Positions 13,171 to 24,000 of a DNA stretch of 64,000 nt are shown piece by piece. The DNA lies in contig JBPGPT010000011.1 in the NCBI GenBank assembly GCA_051047955.1, positions 124,001-188,000 on the forward strand, in the 5' to 3' direction. Made by a program: the position numbers and the translations under genes. The DNA is from Cystobasidiomycetes sp. EMM_F5 (Eukaryota). Each line of letters starts with the position of its first letter. Within the stretch, counting starts at the first letter, position 1. Under the pieces are notes generated by a model, which was not told where the DNA came from, did not search any database, and was given only the letters and a program-made list of their open reading frames with translations.

Positions 13171-15306
13171 ATGTCAAGATGTCTACCACCCTGCAAGATC
13201 AGATATATTGGGTACTCGCGAGATTACCGTAGCTTGGCTTGTGCCGTTTCTTCGAGATCCATTTGGACCACGTCTAGATGTTTGCAATTCACTTCAGCCT
13301 ATAATGACGGGGGTACCCCCAACTCTCCACCTCTACCACTCAGCAAACGCGACGGCTGGGTGCCGACCATTGGTCTCGAACTGCACGTACAGCTGAAATC
13401 CCCCATCAAGCTGTTCTCTTCCAGCAAGACTTCGCATGATGAGATACCCAACAGCAATGTATCTAGTTATGATGCAGCTCTTCCCGGAACCCTGCCCGTA
13501 GATCCATCTGACCTTGCCATACGATTACGCATGGTCTGACTCGTGCTCCGTTAGATACTGAATCCGGAGCCAGTCAAGTTGGCTATTCTTGCAGCACTCG
13601 CACTTGGATGTCGTGTCAATCTTCGTTCAAAGTGTGTGGCCATCAGCAGTCGCACTGTTAGAGGACCCTCATTAACTGCTAGGCGTCAGATTTGATCGCA
13701 AGCATTACTTCTACCATGATCTACCAGCTGGCTTTCAGATTACACAGAAATACGGTAAATTCAGTAAAATGACTGTCACCAGAATACTGTTGACCGTAGA
13801 GTACAGCTGCACTGGCCAACCACGGTCAAATCGAGCTGTCTCCGAGGCACGACAACCTAGCATACAACACGAAGGTTAGGATTTCGCAAGTCCAGCTAGA
13901 ACAAGATACGGCAAAATCTATGAACGATCCTACTTCTGCATCCACTCTCGTTGATCTCAATCGCGCTGGAACAGGCCTCATTGAAATAATCAGTGAAGCA
14001 GACATGCATACTTCAGCGGAAGCAGCGGCGTACGTGCGAAAAGTACAAAGTCTGCTGAGAGCGGTGGGTGCCAGCGATGCAAACATGGAGAAAGTGTGTA
14101 CGAATCGAACGAATTTCACGTCTCGGCAAGCTATTTGGCTGACTTACTGCTTTCGCAGGGATCCTTGCGGATCGACGTCAATGTCTCTGTCGCCCGTACT
14201 GGTCAGCCCATGGGCACGCGGTGTGAAATAAAAAATTTGAACAGCGTCCGCTCAATGGTTGACGCCATCGGTGAGACATAATCAATAGTCGATGTGCGAT
14301 GCCAGCTAAGGCCGTACCTTCAGAATACGAATACGATCGCCATATCGCGGTCTTGAGCAGCCCTGCCGGTACTGACGCCTCACCGCAAGTAGAGCAGCAG
14401 ACTCGAGGCTTCGATGCTACGGATGGGACAACACACCTGTTGCGAAGCAAGGCAGACGCTCCAGATTATCGCTATATGCCAGATCCTGAACTGGCTCCTT
14501 TAGTTGTCCCTTCGGTAGGTGCTAATAAGGACTGGCGGGGCATTTTCGCATGTAACCAGTATTTAATTTGCTTACAGGACGTCTTGAACGAGTTGCAGGC
14601 GAGCTTACCTGACTTGCCTGACGCCGTGCGCGCCCGTCTAGAATCTCAGTTTGGTCTTGGATCGCGAGAAGTCGACATCATTGTGCGTCTCGGCCAATCT
14701 GACACCGACGGCGCTAGCGACACGTATGGTGCAGGCGTTGCATACTTCGAACAGCTCGCACAGGGCCGTGATCCCATCGTAGCTGCAAACTGGTATGGAT
14801 GTGACATCCAGCTATGCTCATGTCTCTGAGGCATTGTATTCATCAGGCTTATTCACGATCTCCTTTCGCAACTTGGTAAACGAGGCACACCCATTTCACA
14901 ATGCCCTGTCACTCCATTGGATCTGGGAAGATTAATAGACAGTGTGGAAGCACGAACCATAGGCTGTAAGTAAGAGTCGAACGTCATATTGCACATAACC
15001 CATACTGAGTCACGAATTTCAGCGACGCTTGCTAAAAGGCTACTGGCTGAGGCTTTCGCGGATTCCGCCATACCCTTGCGAGATGCCTTGCAACATGCTG
15101 TGGAGGCTGCAGAGGGAACAAATATCGACTATTCCACCCTTGCGGCCGGAATCGTCGACAGTATGCCCAGCGAGGTAGCCAAAATTCGAAAAGGCAATGT
15201 CAACGTTTTTGCCCGTCTCGTCGGCGAAGGCATGCGCAGAAGTAAAGGGTGTGCTGACGCCAAACAATTGCGGAGCGCACTCGAAAGTAGAATGCAGTCT
15301 CGCTAA
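13171..15306 (+). CDS. PET112: Mitochondrial Glu-tRNA(Gln) amidotransferase subunit B
   Basis: [82 protein letters not shown]. Confidence 0.95.
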
Positions 15307-15431
15307 AGAAAAGATAAGCAAAGACAACCAACCTGTACATCTCCACCGGCAAAGTCCGGGCTTGCAGATACAGATAGCAAGGTTACATACAAGAGCGAAC
15401 TGATCGTAAAGGTCGTAATCCGGATCGGACA

Positions 15432-17239
15432 TCACATGAGATTCGCAGCCGCGGAACTTCTGCGCCGATGCACGTCTCGAGCTTGCGCCAACAGGGCAGA
15501 TCGCTCATCCATGTCTTCTTCGTCATCGATAGCGTCCTCGTGCAAACCAAAAAGGCGATCCATAGGCTTGCCGAGGCCAACACCTTTAGTTTCAGGTACG
15601 AAGATGACGACCCATATCAAGGTAACGAGGGCAAAACCGGCATAGACGGCATACGTGACCCAACCAAAGGAGGCCAGCAGGAGAGGCGTGATGCTGGCTA
15701 TCACTATCTGGAACAGCCATTGTACGCACGTAGTGATGGCGCAGCACTTTGCATTCAAATGCAGTGGAAAGATTTCCGCACAGATGTTCCAGCTGAGCGG
15801 GCCGAGGCTAAGGCAGAATGCCACAGTGAAGATGTAGACCATCAGGACGGAGATTATTCCAGTTACGTCGAAGGCTGTTACGGCCAAGTCCGTCGCTTGT
15901 GTATGAGGCAAGTTCATTTTTCTGACATTGTATGCTGACGAGATAGATTGTAAGAGGATCGTCAGATTTGTGATTCTGATAACTCACCTAGTATGACCAT
16001 ACTGATACCACACGCGCTGGACCCCAACTTCAGCCAGAATAAATTGCCCTTCTTGTTTACAAAGTAAAACATGAAAGCCAGAGCGGAAACAATTTTTACG
16101 AGGCCGAATAATCCAGAAAGAAAGAGAGAAGAAGAGACGGATGTGAAGCCTGCAGACATAAAGATCACAGGCGCATCTGGGCGAATTCAACATGTCAGCT
16201 ATAATAGGCTGTCTGCGCGGTGCTGCTGGCGTCAACGCTCACAGTAGTTGATGGCATTCATGCCGACCTACGTGGGCACGTCACACAAGGTCAATACGCT
16301 ACACAGCAGAGGATGAAAGGAAACCAAGCGACTTGCCATATTTTGAGCGATCATCAATCCCATTCCTACACCTAATCGCTTCCTGATCGATGGCGACAGG
16401 GCTTCTCTAACGAAGCTCGTACGCTTACGCTTTTGCATCATACGTTCCTCTCGCACGACCTCGACAAGCTGCGCCAGCTCGGCCTCCGTATCTTCGGCTC
16501 GTTGACCACGTAACCAAGCAAGTGCGCGGCCAGCTTGAGCAAGCTTACGCTGCCGAACGAGGAGCGCCGGTGTTTCCGGAATGAGTAGAGTGCCGAGCAC
16601 GAGCGATCCGCCTGGAATGAATTGGAGCGCTACGGGTAGAGTCCATTGCAAATCGTCGAGATCGTCATACACACGATGTGTCGCAAAGGAACCCCAGAAT
16701 GCTACAAGAGCACATCCCTGGAGCATGGCCTGGTAGCCAGACATGAGCATCCCACGCTTATCGGGAGGGGATATCTCGGAAATGCTGCAGGCGACGACAC
16801 AAAGGCTTTGGCATTGGCAAAATTGAGCTTGATAAGCGAAGAGGACTCACTATAGTGGACCGACCAGTGTTCCCATGCCGACACCTAAGCCGTTGATTAG
16901 TCTGCCCAGTTCGAACAATGATAGGTTGGCTCCTGAAGCCTGCAGTCCAGCTCCTAGAATATATAGCATTGCACTACTGAAAAGACCAGCTTTTCGGCCA
17001 AACTTTGAGCAAAGAGGTGTACCAATTGGAACGCCAACTGCAGCGCCGACCAGCCATAGTGTGACGATGCGTGCTTGGGCCGCCGCCAAGTCGCCTTTCG
17101 ATAATTGAGACAGACCAAAATGCGCCAGGAATGAGGGTAGGACTAGTATACCACCGATAAGGCCTATAGAATATCCAAAAAGCGCCCCCGTTAGCATGCC
17201 GACCACGGCCGACACGTATAGATTTCGATTAGAAGCCAT
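15432..17239 (-). CDS. MFS sugar-porter family transporter (quinate permease-like)
   Basis: LFGYSIGLIGG, FGRK, GRLINGLGVG, YISEISPPDKRG, IPETP, QNMVGMNAINYY, GPLSWNICAEIFP, FVPETKG. Confidence 0.9.
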
Positions 17240-17647
17240 TATTGCGGGTGAAGAACGCAACCGGGGACCTCCTAGGAAAGATGCGTTCAGACGCGTATTT
17301 GACGATGTTTTGTTACCGCTGGTACATAGTGAAGAACCGTCCAAGGTATGTTCGCGTCGTGCCCAAAGTCTGCTCAGCTGCGGAAGTGGTCGCGTCGATA
17401 ATCTTTCGGAACCCGCGTTCAGGCCCAGGCCTGGACGGTGCCCCGCAATTCTGGTAGAATATTCATCCTGCGGTGTGATAGCTATCGCTTAACTCACACT
17501 ACTGCGCATATACTCGCGCGGCTGCAACAACTTGCTTACAAGCATCGGCTGCAGCTGCCATCAAAGATGGCATTACCTTAGTTTCATCAGCTGATAACGC
17601 GCGGCTGCCTATAAAAACATAATAACCGAACGCTATTACGCAAGCTA

Positions 17648-18928
17648 CTAGTCGTCAGCTGCAGGCTTGACTAGAGCAATGAGACTGAAGTTTATGCTAT
17701 CCGAGATGCGGATATACTCCTTGACTACCTTGACCGTGGCCTGCCGGCAGCAAAAGTGTCAGCCTCAGTGATATTCATACCGTGTATGACCTCGTCCACT
17801 GCGCACTTCTAGTAAGCCGCCCTCGAGAGGACCATCTATGGAAGAAGTTACACCGGTTGTTATATATGACCGGATAGATTGGATGAGCGAGAACTACTTA
17901 CGGTCTACCGGTTTCGGCCTTCTCCCGTCCAACTCCACCAGCCTGTCCTGCCCATTCACTTTTGCAGCAACAAATGCCGAGAAGTGCTCTTCAGCAAGAT
18001 CTTCGTTTCCAGGATTGTTCGACTGCCCTCCCGAAGCCGCACTCGTGTGAGCTGCTTCCAGTTCGCGACAAGTCTCCAGATATCGAGATCGCGCAGCAGG
18101 TGTCAAGTTGGCGCAGTCGGCAAATATTCTGTGTAGAGCAGTGCCAGGCTCTGTCAAGAATTGCGATTGATGGCCGTTCAGATTAATAGCAGTAACGAAA
18201 GCGTACGCAATTCACCTTTAGGAACGGGACAATTGGCTACTGCGTGAAGTATTCCCATTGTACCTAGGTATACGTAGTTCAGTGGATGGACGCGAGACAG
18301 GAGGTCTTGCTGATTGTCGAGCTTACCACAAGCATTGCCAATCTAGTATGCGCAACATCTGTCAAACCGGCAGCTTCTGTAAAATGATCCAGTTCAAAGC
18401 TTGCTCACGGTCTGCTTGAAGAAGAGAAGGTGGTCTAGGTCGGTATGATCCTTCAACTCAGCATCTCTTGCTTTTCGCGTCTCCTCATATCGCTCGGTTA
18501 CGGGGAAAAGCATTAAAATGGCATAGACGGGTCGAGGAACGAATGCGCTGCGGACAATTGCCACAATTGCCAGAGTGAGAAGGATGTTCAGTCGACGTGT
18601 GGTGGTGGTTCTCACAGTAGATCGTCGTCCAGACCATACACATCCACAAACGTACCGTCCTCGGATTTCAAGCCCAAAGCACCGGTCCACTGAATCAGAC
18701 TGTAGAAATTAGCAGTCGTACTCCGGTCAGTAATTCGAGTGCATCACTCGCTTGCTGAAAGGTCTCCGGATTTGCTTCCAGAGGAACCTTCGCATACGGT
18801 AAACATGTTCTCTCATAATCAGCCGATGACGTGTATTTAGTTTGGCTGGCTTTCAGACGGCGCACCCAACGTATCTTTGAGCGGGCTTCTGGTTCATCGT
18901 GCATTTCCGCAGGGTTGATGTTGCTCAT
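17648..18928 (-). CDS. YUH1: Ubiquitin C-terminal hydrolase, family C12 (UCH-L3/Yuh1-like)
   Basis: W..PLEANPE, PVYAILMLFP, catalytic FKQTIGNACGTMGILHAVAN (split across small exons), HFSAFV..LVELDGRR. Confidence 0.88.
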
Positions 18929-19050
18929 ATTGTACTTTCGTCAAGACTTGAGCAGAGCAGAGCTTTATTTGCAGTCGCGTCAGTTATATCTTGACCAATG
19001 ATTTACTAGCTTGACAGCAGCGGCGGCACCTCTTACTTTGAACCTCTGAT

Positions 19051-20362
19051 ATGTCTTCTGTTATTATGCCAACATCTTCGCAGCTGGGCAATACTTCGTC
19101 CCAGCGGTGTGAGTTTTAAGTCCACTTTACGGCCTGTTGTCCAAGACTGAGATGCAAAACATCGCATAGCAGCATCGGAAGAGTCGCAGTAAACGTGTCT
19201 GACCTGACGAGATGACTTGCACAGCTACTGCGAGTGGGCGTGGTGCAGGAGAAGCTTCGATACGCGGGCAAGACTGCTACAGCACATCAAGGCTCACTGC
19301 GCCAGCTCGAAACCGGTAAAGCGAAAGGCTTCGGATATCGGGTCAGATGGTGATTGTGGGCAATACTATCTCTCTCGAGCTCAGTCTGAGTCTACGCATG
19401 CTACAGCTTCGCAAAGCCACCTTCCGCCGAGGTCTATGCTGCAAGGTCTGCGGTACGATCCGCTACCCACCACCGTGGCAGCTCAAGCAGCTCTTCCAGA
19501 CACTTCCGATACAACTGAAGAGACGCCTGCCTCTCAAGTAAACTCGGAATCATATTCGCAACCCAAACAAACGGTGGCATCGCTAGCTGCATCCGACCCA
19601 AGCTTACAGACTACTACTACTGACAGCCGAGCGAATGCGTCAGACGAATTACCGCCTCCATCCATATCCTCACAGGTTGCTGGTACGCCAATCTCGCCAG
19701 TATTTACAGATTCACAAGCGAGTGCCGCTGTAGAAGAAGCCGCAGAGCCCGTAGCTCCTGCCTTGGCTGGTGCTCTACCTGTCAACGACGAGCAAGACGA
19801 TGGATCTTCCTTTGTCGTGCAACAAGAGCTTGTTCGGACAGCCAAGAAAGCTCGACATTCCGAAGGTCCTCTGGTTTCAGTTTCGAAAGCATCGGTTGGA
19901 AGTACCCATCATAATCCGCTGTTGTCAGCCATGCTCAGTCCACCACGTAGTCTTGCTCAACCCCGGCAATCTACGTCGCCTTTGCCAGCGAACAATTCGA
20001 TTCGCAAGCAGCGTCGGGTCTCCAAAGATCCAGTGGCGACAACAGGTAGTAGTGAGACGCCCGTTGTTGACGAGAGGATCGCGCCAAAAGCGAACCTTCT
20101 GTCACCAGCACCGCCGCGACGGAGTACGAGGTCAAGCCCTAAACCTCCAGCCCGCGGCAACGCGGCTCATACTGGCGCCGGGAGTGAAAGACAGCCTAAA
20201 GGCACTACCTCTGCTAATACAAAAGAGGGTACGCCATTGCTTCAGGTTGGAGAAGGCGATGCGGAAGATCAAGAAAGCCAAGATCGTGCGGAACCGACCG
20301 AATCCCTACCTCACGATCCGAGTCCATGGGGCTTTCACTTCTCACAGATGCCGACAGATTGA
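19051..20362 (+). CDS. Hypothetical protein with an N-terminal C2H2 zinc finger and a disordered S/T/P-rich body
   Basis: CEWAWCRRSFDTRARLLQHIKAH at the start of ORF 19217-20362, preceded by a CAG acceptor. First exon and start uncertain. Confidence 0.55.
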
Positions 20363-21027
20363 AGCGCAACCTTGGTCCTAGGTACCCGTGCGATCATGTT
20401 CGTATTGCTAAGCTACTGAACGTTGTACAGCGAGCGAGGTTGTATGTGATAATGCCATGTATTCACTGAAGAAGGAGGCATTAGGCTCATTCGACAAAGG
20501 CGTCGCAGGTCGGCGTCGAGGCGGTAACATGGACTTGGACATCGCGTGCAGACTTGGAAACGCCTAGGGTGCCCTTGCGGCAACTTGCACGATTTGCCAG
20601 CTCGAATGGCCTGACTTCCGCAACCTCGCATCCAGTTTGCCTGCACCCCGACTGCTTTGACAGCAGCAAGTGCACCCTGTATCGCCGTTTGAACAGCTGA
20701 AAACTGCAGTCTGTCCAGTCAAAACATCGACAATCCCGACACTCTCAGGCTTTCTGCTGGGTCAAGACCAGTGCATGAGTCTGGCAATTCGACGAGGTCG
20801 ACGAGCTGGGATCTGTACCAGGGCAGGGGATACAGGGCAGGATAGAGGAGTACAGGCTTCCGACAGCCAATCCTTGCATCGTCTGGAGTGCGGCAGTAGG
20901 CTGGTGACGCTGCCAGGCGTAGCAGTGGTGGTGGGAAAGAACCGTCAAAAAGGGCGTCGCCATTGAGCGCCAAACCCACCGAAATCTGAGAAAGCATCGG
21001 CATTGACGGCATACGGAGCATACGACC

Positions 21028-24000
21028 ATGGCTCTGCATACCTTTGCGCACTCTTCAGCGCCTTTGCGGCGGGTAAAGACGATTCAGTTTGGTATCCTCT
21101 CGCCAGACGAAATCAAGGGTCTCAGCGTCGCAAAGATCGAATACCCAGAGACGTACGAAGAAGGCTCCCAGCGTCCCAAGATTGGTGGTCTGTCCGATAC
21201 ACGCCTCGGAACCATCGACCGAAACTTTCGATGCGAAACCTGCGCCGAGGATATGTCGGAATGTCCTGGGCACTTTGGGCACATCGAGGTGAGAAAGCTT
21301 GCCAGCGACAGCGCTTGAAATGCCTGTTTGTGCCACAAGTGACAATGCTGAGCACTCATACGGCTGTCTGCAGCTTGCACGAGGAGTCTATCATGTCGGC
21401 TTTCTGACCAAAGTCAAGAAGATCCTCGAGAGTATATGTCTCAACTGCGGCAAGCTAAAGGCAGATCCGTACGTGTACCTCGTGTGCAAGTATGAGCATG
21501 TCAAAACTTGACGAGCGTATATCATCCACATCGTACAAATAGGCGTACGGATCCGCGGATAGCAGATGTCATGCGGTATGTCCGCGACCCAAAGAAGCGA
21601 CTCGCCATAGTGCACAGTATTTGCAAGGTAAATGATTTTGAGTTCTAGTGATGACTGAGAACAGGTGAACAATGTTTACCCTGTTTATGCGCCTCTACAC
21701 ATACTACCAGACGGTCCGGGTTTGTCAAACGGACGTGCCAGACGATGACCCTACCCTGGATGAGAATGGTCAACCGATACCGAAGCCGCAGCATGGTGGA
21801 TGTGGTCACGAGCAGCCTGTCATTCGAAAGGAGGGTCTCAAGCTGTTACTCGTCAAGACGCGACAATCAGATGACGACGAAGCGACTGGCGAGAAGCTCA
21901 AGACAGAAGACCGGAAGGCACTGCCTGCGTCTGCTGCAATGCTGATACTTAAAAAGATCCCGGATGAGGATCTACACATCATGGGCCTATCGCTGGACGA
22001 AGCTCGCCCAGAGTGGATGATTTTAACAGTTCTGCCAGTGCCACCACCGGCAGTCAGACCGAGCGTTGCTGTTGATGGTGGAGCGATGAGAAGTCAGGAT
22101 GATCTGACATATAGTGCGTATGGAACCCGCATTACAGCTTGAGCAGCACTGACTAGCTTCATTCCAGAATTGGCCGACATCATCAAGTCCAATCAGAATG
22201 TGCGGCGATTAGAGCAGGAAGGCGCGCCTGCGCACGTCATCGACGAGCATGAGACGCTTCTACAGTATCATATCGCTACTTATATGGATAACGACTTGCC
22301 TGGTCAACCGCAGTCTCTGCAAAAGTCAGGGCGTCCTATAAAATCGATCCGTGCTCGGCTCAAGGGTAAGGAAGGTCGTTTGCGTGGTAACTTGATGGGA
22401 AAGCGCGTAGATTTCTCTGCTCGTACCGTCATTACTGGTGATCCGAATCTGGATCTTGATCAGGTTGGCGTACCACATTCAATAGCTCGCAACCTAACGT
22501 ATCCGGAGCGTGTAACGCCATACAACATCACATATCTCCAAGAGCTCGTGCGTAATGGACCAGACGAGTATCCCGGAGCCCGCTTCATTATCCGTGATAC
22601 CGGCGAGCGGATAAATCTGAAATACAACAAGCGCGCCGACACCTTTTTGCAATACGGCTGGATTGTGGAGAGACACTTGAAAGACGGCGATCTCGTGCTC
22701 TTCAACCGACAACCCTCCCTACACAAAATGTCAATGATGGCTCATCGAGTCAAATTGATGCCCTATTCCACTTTCCGCCTCAACCTTTCCGTAACTCCAC
22801 CATACAATGCTGACTTCGACGGTGACGAAATGAACCTCCACGTGCCTCAGAGCGAGGAAACAAGGGCAGAGCTGTCGCTCATCGCCTGGGTGCCTCGGCA
22901 GATCGTGTCACCGCAGTCGAACAAGCCTGTGATGGGAATTGTGCAAGACACGCTATGCGGTATTCGCAAAATGACACTCCGTGATACATTCATGGACCGG
23001 GACTTTGTGCAAAATCTGCTTCTCTGGGTGCCCGGTTGGGACGGTGTCCTACCGCCGCCAGCGATAATTAAACCAAAAGCATTGTGGACAGGCAAACAGC
23101 TCGTCTCGATGGTAGTGCCGAAAGGAGTAAACTACAATAAGCAGGGTGGCGGTACTCCAGATCCTCTGCAATTGGAAGATGCTAGCGTGATGATCGAAGA
23201 CGGCGAGATTATGTACGGTGTCATCGCTAAGCAGGCTGTCGGTGCGTCCGCGGGCGGTATCGTTCACATCATCTTCCGAGAGCGCGGTCCTGAAGCCTGT
23301 CGTGACTTCATCGGTGGCATCCAGAAAGTAGTCAATTACTGGCTCCTTCACAACGGCTTCTCCATCGGTATCGGTGACACTGTGCCGGATCCAGCGACTC
23401 AACAGAACGTGGTAAATTTCGTTGCTGCAGCGAGAAGGTTGGTTCATGAGACGATCGAGCTCGCGCATATGGACGATTTGGACGCAGAGACCGGTATGAC
23501 AGTTCGAGAGTCTTTTGAGAACACCGTGTTGAACTACCTCAACGATGCCCGTGACAAGGCTGGTAAATCTACGCAGCAATCTTTGAAAGAGGAAAATAAT
23601 GTCAAGCAAATGGTGGTCGCTGGATCCAAGGGTTCCTACATCAATATTGCGCAGATGTCGGCGGTCGTCGGACAACAAAACGTAGAGGGCAAGCGTATCG
23701 CATATGGCTTCAAATATCGCACCTTGCCTCACTATTTGAAAGACGATTATTCACCAGAATCTCGCGGTTTCGTCGAGAACTCGTACTTGCGGGGTCTGAC
23801 TCCTCAAGAATTCTATTTCCATGCTATGGGCGGACGCGAAGGTCTCATTGATACGGCTGTTAAAACTGCAGAGACTGGGTACATCCAGCGTCGTCTCGTC
23901 AAGGCGCTCGAGGATATTACAGTCAGCTACGACGGCACAGTGCGAAACTCGCTTGGCGACATTGTACAATTCGTCTACGGAGAAGATGGCATGGACGGCG

